A DNA stretch of 30,497 nucleotides from positions 1 to 30,497 of the IMG/VR virus record IMGVR_UViG_3300009158_002590, one strand, 5' to 3'. Below the pieces are notes generated by a model. It searched no databases. It had not been told where the DNA came from and saw only the letters and a program-made list of their open reading frames with translations. Positions within the stretch are counted from its first letter, which is position 1. Every line of letters begins with the position of its first letter. Of the stretch, positions 8,883 through 17,510 are shown piece by piece. The position numbers and the translations under genes were made by a program. The DNA comes from a virus. Taxonomy: Duplodnaviria; Caudoviricetes.

Positions 8883-9924
8883 TATCAAACACGTTGCGCT
8901 TTCTGCTAGTCGAATCAAAACGCTTGAAAAGTGTAGTTGGTCGTACTGGTGTAATTACATTTTAAAGCTGCCAGACAAGTCTAATGATGGAGCGAACAGA
9001 GGTAATGTTGTTCACCTTGTTCTTGAGTGCCTCGCTCAAGAAAAAAGAAAACCATACGTCGAAATCATTTTAAATAGCGGAGATCTTTTTACGATAAAGT
9101 CTATTAAAAAGTTAGCCTTAAAACACGCAAGAAAATTAAAGGTCTCTGACCCAGACAACATTGTTTTGATCAAGGAGATGACTTTGACCGCTTTAAAATA
9201 CGACTTTTGGGGCGATGCTGAAAAGCCTCCAGTTCAAGACTTGAAGGAAAGAGCGTTTGACATAACGATAGATAAAAAAGATAAAAAATATAGAATCAAA
9301 GGATTCATTGATCGCCAGTTTATTTATGACGATTTCACTTCGGTAGTGAGAGATTATAAAACAAGCAAAGCTGTATTTGCTGGTAAAGACGCTGAAGATA
9401 ATATGCAGCACATGATGTATATTCTTGCATCCAACAAGCTCGACCCAAAGCACAAGGCTTTGATGGAGTTCTTGTTTCTCAAGTTCGACTTGAAAGACAA
9501 AACCAAGAACGGCGGCTTGTTAAAAATGGAGCCACCAAATAAAAATGAACTTAGTGAATTTGAAAATCATTTAACTGAAGTTCAAAAGGTCGTAGATAAT
9601 TTTTCTGAAGCTGACGCTTATTCTAATTTCGCTGCCGACAAGCCCATGCCTTCGGATGGTTCTTTTAGCGGCAAACTGGCATGTGGTTTTGCTAAATACA
9701 AAGGGCAGTTAAAGAAAGACGGCAATCCAATGTGGCACTGCTCTTATAAATTTGGATTTAATTATTACGCCTTAAGGGATAAAAATAATAAAATAATCAA
9801 AACCTTCTTAGAGGAAGATGTAGATGAAGCTTTTAAAATCGCGAAAGAAGACGAGAAGGTCACCAAAGAAGCTTATCTTGGATGCCCAAAGCACTTGACA
9901 TCCAAACCAAAACCGCTAGTGTAG
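8869..9924 (+). CDS. PD-(D/E)XK exonuclease, RecB/AddB/Cas4-like
   Basis: LSASRIKTLEKC, RGNVVHLVLE, IKGFIDR, VRDYKTSK and Q...Y motif, with C-terminal cysteines. Confidence 0.82.
   Translation: MTQPDIKHVALSASRIKTLEKCSWSYWCNYILKLPDKSNDGANRGNVVHLVLECLAQEKRKPYVEIILNSGDLFTIKSIKKLALKHARKLKVSDPDNIVLIKEMTLTALKYDFWGDAEKPPVQDLKERAFDITIDKKDKKYRIKGFIDRQFIYDDFTSVVRDYKTSKAVFAGKDAEDNMQHMMYILASNKLDPKHKALMEFLFLKFDLKDKTKNGGLLKMEPPNKNELSEFENHLTEVQKVVDNFSEADAYSNFAADKPMPSDGSFSGKLACGFAKYKGQLKKDGNPMWHCSYKFGFNYYALRDKNNKIIKTFLEEDVDEAFKIAKEDEKVTKEAYLGCPKHLTSKPKPLV
9895..9922 (+). promoter_or_regulatory. Putative sigma70-type promoter for the polymerase genes
   Basis: TTGACA at 9895-9900, 16-nt spacer, TAGTGT at 9917-9922. 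The ATG at 9929 gives leaderless geometry. Confidence 0.55.
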
Positions 9925-9928
9925 CGGA

Positions 9929-10666
9929 ATGATTCCACTGTTTAAGTCTCATTTCTCATTCGGCAGGAGCATCCTTACGCTGAATGAGCCAGAAAAACAA
10001 AAAGAAGACGGGCCTGATAGCATCATTTCAATTGCTCTCGAAAATGGTTTAAAAGAGATTTACCTAGTAGAAGATTGTTTAACTGGATTTCTCACGGCTT
10101 TTAAAAATTGCCAGAAGCACAATATCCAGTTGAAGTTCGGCTTGCGAATGCAAGTCTGCAACAGTTACGAGTCTGCCTCGTCTTCTTCCCACAAGCTTAT
10201 CTTATTCGCGTTAAACGACGCTGGCTTCAAGGATATTAGCAAAATTTATACCTTCGCTAACACTGAAAAAGAATCCGTTATCTGCAACGCTGATTTGGTC
10301 AGCCGCCTGACCGATAATATTCTAATCGCGGTCCCGTTTTACGACTCATATATCTGGAAGAATAGGTATACATTTTCAAACTGTATGCCAGATTTTCTTG
10401 ACGAGTTAGATGTTATTTATTTTGTCGAAAATAATAAACTGCCGCTTGACAAAATTACAACTGATTTTATTCGCTCTAGCGGGAAAAGCAACATCGTAGA
10501 ATCTAAAACAATCTACTACAAGAACAGAGAAGATCTTCAAGCTTGGGTAACTTACAAAATAGCTTGCAATAGGAATATGGGCAAAAACCAGAGCTTGTCT
10601 GCGCCTGAACTTAGCGGTTGCGGCAGCGGAGAATTTTGCTTTCAGTCTTGGAAGGAACTATCATGA
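9929..10666 (+). CDS. Stand-alone PHP domain of DNA polymerase III alpha (DnaE N-terminal part)
   Basis: KSHFSFGRSIL, A.ENG...I.L, F...CQKHNIQLKFGL and HKLILFALNDAGFKDISKI match the DnaE PHP domain (HS.YS, HL.LLA.N..GY.NL). Canonical metal ligands look degenerate. Confidence 0.78.
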   Translation: MIPLFKSHFSFGRSILTLNEPEKQKEDGPDSIISIALENGLKEIYLVEDCLTGFLTAFKNCQKHNIQLKFGLRMQVCNSYESASSSSHKLILFALNDAGFKDISKIYTFANTEKESVICNADLVSRLTDNILIAVPFYDSYIWKNRYTFSNCMPDFLDELDVIYFVENNKLPLDKITTDFIRSSGKSNIVESKTIYYKNREDLQAWVTYKIACNRNMGKNQSLSAPELSGCGSGEFCFQSWKELS

Positions 10667-11289
10667 ACAACCTTTTAAAACAAAAAATTAATCAGAAATT
10701 TCTTGTATTCGATACGGAAACTGAAGGGTTGTCATTGACCGATTCTCGTCCTTGGCAACTGTCTTGGATCATCTGCAAAGGAGAAGAGGTTCTAGAGCAG
10801 CACGATGAATTTATTCTTTACGATGACCTTAAAGTATCTGACGACGCAGCTAGAATAACAGGTTTCAATAAAGAAAAGTACATTTCTAAAGCTAAGCCCC
10901 CAATGGAGGTTTGGAAAAAATTCTCCAATGACCTATACGACAACAACAACATTCTTGTCGGGCAAAATATCCTTAACTATGATATTTATATTTTAAACAC
11001 AATGATGCGCGGCATAGGAGTTCAGAATGATTGGAGATTTATGGATAGAATGCTTGACACTAGAGCATTAGCTACTGCATTGTTTAAAGACATAAAGCCA
11101 TCTGGAGACTCGCTCTCTTGGCAAATGAAAATGATGAATCACAGAGAGAAGGGGCTAAAAACAAGTCAGTCGTTTTTGCTAAAGCACTTTGGAATCGATC
11201 ACGACCCATCAAGGTTGCACGACGCCTTGTACGATATTCAAATGAATTATAAAATTTTCCGCAAGCTAATAATGCAGGTTGACGTATGA
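10663..11289 (+). CDS. DnaQ-like DEDDh 3'-5' exonuclease (proofreading subunit)
   Basis: ExoI VFDTETEG, ExoII GQNILNYD, ExoIII HDALYD. ATG 10663 forms an ATGA overlap with the PHP gene. Confidence 0.87.
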   Translation: MNNLLKQKINQKFLVFDTETEGLSLTDSRPWQLSWIICKGEEVLEQHDEFILYDDLKVSDDAARITGFNKEKYISKAKPPMEVWKKFSNDLYDNNNILVGQNILNYDIYILNTMMRGIGVQNDWRFMDRMLDTRALATALFKDIKPSGDSLSWQMKMMNHREKGLKTSQSFLLKHFGIDHDPSRLHDALYDIQMNYKIFRKLIMQVDV

Positions 11290-13862
11290 ACGATCTATTA
11301 AACTGTTTCCAAAAGTACGAGCATCCTGTTCCTCCTGGCGTTCGCCTTCCAGAGATCAAGATTGACGCTAGATATTATCAGGAGCTTGGCATCGACCCTT
11401 CGGTACCAAATTCAGAATTTTTACGGCAGCTCTGTTTAAGAGCTGTTAAAACAAAAGGCATAGATAAACTGCCTAATAAAAAAGATTATTATGAGCGCGC
11501 GAAATATGAATTAGCAATCTTCGAAGAGCTTGGTTTTACTGATTACATTCTGCTCAATTGGGACATCATGAATTATGCCCACGAGCACGATATTCCTACT
11601 GGCTACGGTCGCGGTTCTGCGGCTGGCTCTCTCATTCTTTTTCTGATTAAAGTCACCAACGTAGATCCAATTAAAAACGGACTGTTCTTCGAGCGTTTCG
11701 TTTCAAAGAGTCGCGCGAAGAAGATTGTGGTAGACGGCATTACTTATCTTGATGGTTCGCTGATGCCTGACGTAGATAACGATATCGAGTTCTCGAAACG
11801 CCAAGAGGTTATTAGTTACATTAAAACAAAGTACTCGGGTAAGACTTGCAAGATTCTTACTATGAATACTCTTACTGGTAAACTCTGCATTAAAGAATGC
11901 GGTAAGATTGTTGGGGAAATGTCAGAGGATGCGGTTAATGCTGTTAGCGATATTATTCCAAAGCAATTCGGAAAGGTCTTTGCCCTAAAAGATGCATGCG
12001 AAGAAAGCGAAGCGTTTAAGGTGTTCTGTGACAATAATCCAAAGGTTTATAAAATCGCTAAGAAAATCGAGGGTCTAAATAAAAACACTGGAGTTCACCC
12101 GTCTGGCATTTCCATTTCTTATTTCAATAGTGAGGATATTATGCCTCTGCAAAAGACAGGCGAAGGCGAGATCGTTTCCGCCTACGATATGAATAACGTG
12201 TCGGAGATTACTGTTAAGTTTGATATCCTTGGGCTTAGAACTTTAACCGTAGTCTACGATACTTGCCAAAGACTTGGCCTAGACTTTAAAAACCTAGACT
12301 TCGATAATAGCTCTACGTATAAATTTTTGCAGGATCTTTCTAATCCCAAGGGCTTATTCCAGATTGAGGCTAGTACTAATTTTCATGTATGTAAAAAGGT
12401 AAAGCCGAGGAACATGCTTGAATTAGCTTGTGTGCTTTCTCTCGCTCGACCCGGTGCTCTGGATTTCTTAGATCAATACGCGAGATTCATTTCTACTGGT
12501 CAATTCCAATCAGTTCATCCTTTCTTCGACGACATTCTGAGTATCACTGGCGGCATCCCTATCTTCCAAGAGCAACTAATGAAGATGATCGTTAAAGTAG
12601 GCTTTACTCTTGATGAAGCTGAAACAGTACGGCGAATCATAGGAAAAAAGAAAGTTAGCGAAATGCCAGCTTGGCAGCAGAAGATCAGAGATAAGATTTC
12701 ATCGAATAATTTAGATCCAGTTATCGCTGACGTTCTGTGGAAAGTCGCAGAGGACAGCGCGAACTATTCGTTCAACGCTTCTCACGCTGTATCTTACGCT
12801 ACTCTTTCTGCACTAACCACTTATCTCAAGTTTAACCATCCAAAGGAATTTTTTCTTGCCCTACTTCGTTCATCGAAGCATGAGCCAAATCCACACGAAG
12901 AAATCGAAGCCATCTCACAAGAGCTTTCGTTCTTCAATATTAAACTTTGCCCTCCAGATCTTTCTAAGTCTAAATCCGACTTTGAAATCGAAGGCGATAA
13001 TATTCGCTTTGGTCTTAATGCGATTAAAGGGGTATCAGATAAAGTTCTAACGCACCTTCTTGAATTTAGGCAAGAAGAGTTCTCTAATAAAATTGATTGT
13101 TTCGATGGAGCTAAAGAAGCTGGAGTTAATATTGGAGTTCTATCTTCTTTGATTCAGGCTGGGACACTTTCTAGCTTTAGCGAAAAACGCTGTCGACTTG
13201 TGCTCGAAGCGCAAACTTACAACATTTTAAGTGAAAGAGAAAAGCGTAACGTTAAATTGGTTGGTCCCAAGTATAACTATGATGTACTTAATACTATCGC
13301 TGATTTAGTTAAAAATAAATTAGCTGGAGATGACGAGAAGCCATTTATGAAGGAAAGCCGCTTCGATACATTTAAAAATAAATACGAGCCTTATAAAAAG
13401 ATTTATGACATGAATAAAAAATATGAGAAGTTCGCTAATTGGTTTTTTGAAAAGCGCCTTCTCGGTTACAGCTATACTCATAAATTAAAAGAAGTTTTTA
13501 ATGATGGTGAGGATAGACTTCATAATACCTATGAGGCTTCTCAGGTTGATTTGCGTCAGAATGTAAAAATGGTTGGCGTTGTGAAAGAGGCTCGCAAAAA
13601 GGTTAGTCGAGCTGGACGCCCATATTTATTAGTTAAAATTTCAGACGAGTACGGCCAAATGACTTGCCGTTTAACGGACGGCGGAAGAGACGATAAGTTT
13701 ACTCAGTATTATGAAGGCGGCGGCAAAACTCCAAAGGAGGATGATATTGTAATCGTTTACGGTTCAAAAGCGGACGATTCAATCTTCTTAAATGGCTTGA
13801 CTATTCTAACGGAAAAGATATACACAAAGTTATCACAAGTAGAAAGCCCAAAGGCAATTTAA
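11286..13862 (+). CDS. dnaE: DNA polymerase III alpha catalytic core (family C), lacking the PHP domain
   Basis: GRGSAAGS, FERF, MPDVDND (catalytic Asp pair), GVHPSG, KFDILGL, FQEQLM, YSFNASHA, IRFGLNAIKGV and a C-terminal OB fold. Confidence 0.93.
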   Translation: MNDLLNCFQKYEHPVPPGVRLPEIKIDARYYQELGIDPSVPNSEFLRQLCLRAVKTKGIDKLPNKKDYYERAKYELAIFEELGFTDYILLNWDIMNYAHEHDIPTGYGRGSAAGSLILFLIKVTNVDPIKNGLFFERFVSKSRAKKIVVDGITYLDGSLMPDVDNDIEFSKRQEVISYIKTKYSGKTCKILTMNTLTGKLCIKECGKIVGEMSEDAVNAVSDIIPKQFGKVFALKDACEESEAFKVFCDNNPKVYKIAKKIEGLNKNTGVHPSGISISYFNSEDIMPLQKTGEGEIVSAYDMNNVSEITVKFDILGLRTLTVVYDTCQRLGLDFKNLDFDNSSTYKFLQDLSNPKGLFQIEASTNFHVCKKVKPRNMLELACVLSLARPGALDFLDQYARFISTGQFQSVHPFFDDILSITGGIPIFQEQLMKMIVKVGFTLDEAETVRRIIGKKKVSEMPAWQQKIRDKISSNNLDPVIADVLWKVAEDSANYSFNASHAVSYATLSALTTYLKFNHPKEFFLALLRSSKHEPNPHEEIEAISQELSFFNIKLCPPDLSKSKSDFEIEGDNIRFGLNAIKGVSDKVLTHLLEFRQEEFSNKIDCFDGAKEAGVNIGVLSSLIQAGTLSSFSEKRCRLVLEAQTYNILSEREKRNVKLVGPKYNYDVLNTIADLVKNKLAGDDEKPFMKESRFDTFKNKYEPYKKIYDMNKKYEKFANWFFEKRLLGYSYTHKLKEVFNDGEDRLHNTYEASQVDLRQNVKMVGVVKEARKKVSRAGRPYLLVKISDEYGQMTCRLTDGGRDDKFTQYYEGGGKTPKEDDIVIVYGSKADDSIFLNGLTILTEKIYTKLSQVESPKAI

Positions 13863-13871
13863 GTGTAAATA
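13862..13871 (+). promoter_or_regulatory. AGTGTAAA motif, copy 2
   Basis: AGTGTAAATA spans the 8-nt gap between dnaE and the Clp ATPase gene. Confidence 0.4.
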
Positions 13872-16279
13872 TGAACACAGTGCAAGATTTTAACTTCACG
13901 CCTAAAGTAAAAAGAGCTTTAGATGTCGCCAAGCAACGCTGCGCCGAAAATAATCAATTAGAAATAAATGATGAATTTTTATTGTACTCCGTGCTATCTT
14001 CCGAATCGATGATTGTTAATCTAGTATTCGAGTCGCTACCGATTAATGTTGAAGATGTCGTTTCGTCGTTAAAAAACGACCTGCCTTCTTCCAAGAAGAA
14101 AGTCAGCTCCAATTCTATTAAATTTGATCAAAACGTAATTAAAATTATTAATCAATCGTTTGATATCTCGCAGAGCTTTAAGCAAAACTATACTGGAATA
14201 GAACACCTCTTTCTTTCTTTACTTAGGCATTCGGATTTGACTAAAAAATTCTTTAAAAAGAATGAAATCGATATCGCTTTTATTTCAGAGAAGGTGGAAA
14301 AAGAATGCAAGATGATTTCTAACCCCGTTAAAAAGACACTGGTTACATCGTCGCCGCAGAAGAATAAAGAATCTTTATTGTTTTTCTCTGATTATAATCA
14401 GATGGCAATTGACGGCGAATTCGACAATATCTTCTTCAGAGATAAAGAGGTAGATAAAATGTCTGAAATTCTTTGCCGAAAGCAAAAGAAAAATGTTATT
14501 TTAATCGGGGAACCCGGTGTTGGTAAAAGCGCTATCGCTGGTCTTTTGGCAAAAAAAATTGTATTTTGCGATTGCACGGAATTTCTTTTGAATAAAAAGA
14601 TCATTGCTCTTAATCTTCCTGATTTAATTGCTGGTACAAAATTGCGCGGCGAGTTTGAGGAAAGAGTAACGAAGACTATGGAAGAAATAAAAAAAATGGG
14701 AAACGCCATTGTTTTTATTGATGAGGTTCATAATGTGATTGGTATGGGGAACGACGCTGGATCTATGGACGCCGCCAACATTCTTAAACAGTATCTAACC
14801 TGTAATGAATTGAGTTTTATAGCTGCCACCACCCAGAGTGAATACGAAAAATATTTTGTAAAAGATGGAGCGATGAATCGCCGTTTTGAGTCTATCTTTG
14901 TTCCCGAACCTTCTAAAGAAGATACTTTTAAGATTCTTAAATCTCTTAAGGGATTTTACGAAACGTTTCACATGATACACTATAGTGATAGTGTCATCAC
15001 TGATATCGTTGATGTCTGTGAGAAGTATATTCCTTCGCGTAGATTCCCAGACAAAGCGATTGATTTGATGGATCAGGTTGGAGCTAAAGTAAAAATTAAA
15101 TCATTCTCTCGCCCAAAAGAAATCAAAGATGTGGAAAAATTAATTGTCGAATTTGAAAAACTCGCTCCAGACGATGTTAAAGAAAAGCATCTTGACAACA
15201 TCCTTAAAGACTACGAAATCAAATATGATACTTGGGTTGAGTCTGTAAAATCCAAAGTATTTAAAGCGAATACAAAAGACGTTTACGAAGCCTTGTCCGA
15301 GAAGATAGGGAAGTTCATTGACACTAAATCCAACAATAAGGATATTAAAAATATCCTATCCAACCTGCAAAAGCATGTTTTCGGTCAGGAAGAAGCTCTC
15401 AAGAAAATTTCTGACTGCGTACTTAGAAGCTCGTTTGGTTTAGCTAAGTCAACTAAGCCCCTTGGAAATTTTATGTTTATCGGTCCAACAGGATCGGGAA
15501 AAACGCATTTGGCTAGAACTTTAGCTAAACAAGGATTCGGAGACGAAGCTAATCTTTGTGTGATCGACATGTCAGAGTTTATGGAACAACACTCTGTTTC
15601 TAGACTCATTGGCGCGCCCCCAGGTTATGTTGGTCATGGCGAAGCGAGCATACTATGGACACACCTTGACAAACGCCCTTCGTCAGTATTTCTTTTTGAT
15701 GAAATAGAAAAAGCTCATCCAGATGTAGTTAATATTCTTTTGCAAATCATGGATAGCGGCCAACTTACCGATTCTACGGGAAGGAAGATGAGTTTTAAAA
15801 ACTCTATCATTATCATGACTGGCAATGTTGGATTCCAAATCAATGATAATAAAAAGATTGGATTTCTTGGCGGATCTGGTGAGAAGCCCAGCAAAAGCGC
15901 CATTCTTGAGAGTTTAAAAAAGTTCTTTAGACCAGAGTTCTTAGCTAGGCTCAATGACATTATTGTTTTTGATGAACTTAAAAGAGATTCTTTAGCAAGT
16001 ATTGCCGATATAGAACTCGATCAAATCAAAGAATCGTTAAACAAGAATGAGACTTCTATTTCCTATTCTAGCGATGTTATCGACTTTATAATCGACAATA
16101 CAAAAGACAGTAACACTGGAGCTAGAAAAATTATCTTCTTTATCGAAAACGAATTCAAAACTAAGATAGTTGAATTTTTGTCTGCCAATAGTTATAATCA
16201 AATTAAAATATCTATAAAAGATAATAAAATTCATATCGATGGAAAGACAAAGAAATCTTTTGCAGTCTGTAAAAAATGA
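13871..16279 (+). CDS. Clp/Hsp100 AAA+ ATPase, ClpC/ClpA-like (alternative start GTG 13880)
   Basis: Clp-N repeats (FTPKVKRAL, YTGIEHLFLSLL); NBD1 GEPGVGKS, FIDEVH, RRFPDKAIDLMD; NBD2 GPTGSGKT, IDMSEFME.HSVSRLIGAPPGYVG, FDEIEKAHPDV; IGF loop; FRPEFLARL. Confidence 0.93.
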   Translation: MNTVQDFNFTPKVKRALDVAKQRCAENNQLEINDEFLLYSVLSSESMIVNLVFESLPINVEDVVSSLKNDLPSSKKKVSSNSIKFDQNVIKIINQSFDISQSFKQNYTGIEHLFLSLLRHSDLTKKFFKKNEIDIAFISEKVEKECKMISNPVKKTLVTSSPQKNKESLLFFSDYNQMAIDGEFDNIFFRDKEVDKMSEILCRKQKKNVILIGEPGVGKSAIAGLLAKKIVFCDCTEFLLNKKIIALNLPDLIAGTKLRGEFEERVTKTMEEIKKMGNAIVFIDEVHNVIGMGNDAGSMDAANILKQYLTCNELSFIAATTQSEYEKYFVKDGAMNRRFESIFVPEPSKEDTFKILKSLKGFYETFHMIHYSDSVITDIVDVCEKYIPSRRFPDKAIDLMDQVGAKVKIKSFSRPKEIKDVEKLIVEFEKLAPDDVKEKHLDNILKDYEIKYDTWVESVKSKVFKANTKDVYEALSEKIGKFIDTKSNNKDIKNILSNLQKHVFGQEEALKKISDCVLRSSFGLAKSTKPLGNFMFIGPTGSGKTHLARTLAKQGFGDEANLCVIDMSEFMEQHSVSRLIGAPPGYVGHGEASILWTHLDKRPSSVFLFDEIEKAHPDVVNILLQIMDSGQLTDSTGRKMSFKNSIIIMTGNVGFQINDNKKIGFLGGSGEKPSKSAILESLKKFFRPEFLARLNDIIVFDELKRDSLASIADIELDQIKESLNKNETSISYSSDVIDFIIDNTKDSNTGARKIIFFIENEFKTKIVEFLSANSYNQIKISIKDNKIHIDGKTKKSFAVCKK

Positions 16280-17228
16280 AGTTGACATTCTTCCTATAGA
16301 AGAAGAGTTTTTATATTCAACTAAAAAAGTTATAGAGAAAAAACTGGGTCACTCAATTCGTCTTTGTAAAAAACACGAAGTTCATCCGATTTATGATTGC
16401 TATTTGATAGCTGGTAATGATAAACCATTTTTATTAAAAGTAAATCTTTCCCCCGAGTCCCCTAACTCTTGGGACATGCTTTCAAAGAATAATTATGATT
16501 TTCATCCAGAAGTAATTTGCTCCTCGGGCGAGTCGGATGAATTTAAGTTCATTTGTTTCGAGGTTCCAAAGGGAATGTTTTTATCAGACATTTCTAATTA
16601 CCCCTTAAGTCCTAAATTGAAATTGCAAAATATTTTTTTGCGCGACTTTAAGCGGATGCACTCCGTTAAAACAAAAGATGAAGACGAAACGATCAAAGTG
16701 TTCGATTCTTTTTTGCCTAGAGAAGCGATGATGGTCGCAAAAAGATACCCCGTCGTTCAGCTTTTTTCTACAGCGAAAATGGTTTTTAAAGAAATGTACA
16801 AGTCGGACATCCAAGACTGTGGCTTATGTCATTTCGATTTATCTCCAGAAAATATAATCTATACAGGAACGGATATAAAATTTATTAATTTTGAGTACTC
16901 CGCTAATGCCAATATATATTTAGATACGCTGCTCGCCAAAGAAACTTTGAATTGCTCGAACAAAACCTTTGAAGATCTTTGCGAGTTATTGCCCAAAGAC
17001 ATGCGCGATAAATTATTTTTTAATAAAGACGTTTCAGATTTATTTAATTTTGCTTATTTTAATTCGAAAATCACTTCGGAGTATATTACGTTTGGCTTAA
17101 GGAACCCGTCTAAATTAAAATATTGGATCAACAAATCGGAGTATTTTTATAATAAGATTTTTGATAAACTTTTTGTCGGAAAAGAGCTTGACAAATTAAT
17201 ACGCGACTTCTATTATCTATGGAAATGA
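16239..17228 (+). CDS. Aminoglycoside/choline-phosphotransferase-like kinase-fold protein
   Basis: FLLKV, LCHFDLSPENII (Brenner-type HxDxxxxN) and IKFINFEY (DFE-equivalent with Asp replaced by Asn). Confidence 0.65.
   Translation: MERQRNLLQSVKNEVDILPIEEEFLYSTKKVIEKKLGHSIRLCKKHEVHPIYDCYLIAGNDKPFLLKVNLSPESPNSWDMLSKNNYDFHPEVICSSGESDEFKFICFEVPKGMFLSDISNYPLSPKLKLQNIFLRDFKRMHSVKTKDEDETIKVFDSFLPREAMMVAKRYPVVQLFSTAKMVFKEMYKSDIQDCGLCHFDLSPENIIYTGTDIKFINFEYSANANIYLDTLLAKETLNCSNKTFEDLCELLPKDMRDKLFFNKDVSDLFNFAYFNSKITSEYITFGLRNPSKLKYWINKSEYFYNKIFDKLFVGKELDKLIRDFYYLWK
17188..17216 (+). promoter_or_regulatory. Near-consensus sigma70-type promoter
   Basis: TTGACA at 17188-17193, 17-nt spacer, TATTAT at 17211-17216. 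Confidence 0.7.
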
Positions 17229-17455
17229 CTATGAATAAAACAAATTCTAATAGCGCACTTAATACGATTCGTCTCACTAGTGGACGTTTCTTTGGCCTTG
17301 AGACCTCTAACGAGGTCATTAACGCTCGTCTTGTAAACTTCGGACCCTCTCTTATCACCGTAGAGGACCGTAACACTGGCCGTAATCGTCGGTTTACAAA
17401 GAGCCAAGTTAAGGCTGTGACGTTCCAAGGCTCAAGATACACAAGTTCGCTCTAA
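17225..17455 (+). CDS. Small basic protein, candidate Hfq/Sm-fold (start 17219, 17225 or 17231)
   Basis: Has its own promoter and terminator. ALNTIR...INARLVNFGPSLITVE...FTKSQVKAV aligns by eye with Hfq FLNALR...LQGQIESFDQFVILL...VYKHAISTV. Confidence 0.5.
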   Translation: MTMNKTNSNSALNTIRLTSGRFFGLETSNEVINARLVNFGPSLITVEDRNTGRNRRFTKSQVKAVTFQGSRYTSSL

Positions 17456-17459
17456 CCAC

Positions 17460-17488
17460 AACCCCCGAGAAATCGGGGGTTTTTTATT
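17460..17488 (+). terminator. Rho-independent terminator
   Basis: AACCCCCGA-GAAA-TCGGGGGTT perfect stem followed by a T tract, just after the stop at 17455. Confidence 0.9.
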
Positions 17489-17495
17489 AAATATT

Positions 17496-17505
17496 AGTGT
17501 AAATA
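17496..17505 (+). promoter_or_regulatory. AGTGTAAA motif, copy 3
   Basis: AGTGTAAATA lies directly after a terminator and begins 15 nt before ATG 17511, where a new promoter is needed and no TTGACA is present. Confidence 0.5.
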
Positions 17506-17510
17506 TACAC

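Noticed and set aside
8869-9924. Cas4-like nuclease as evidence of a CRISPR-Cas system
   Set aside because: No repeat-spacer array or other cas genes were seen; solo PD-(D/E)XK nucleases are common in phage replication modules.
10618-10662. Extended TTG/GTG starts given by the ORF track for the exonuclease (10618), primase (7791) and nrdB (25310)
   Set aside because: Downstream ATGs (10663, 7803, 25340) give cleaner coupling and more typical N-termini.
10600-11350. Split-intein explanation for the divided dnaE
   Set aside because: No intein N-terminal block or C-terminal HN-C/S/T motif at the junctions, and the intervening gene is a DEDDh exonuclease rather than a homing endonuclease.
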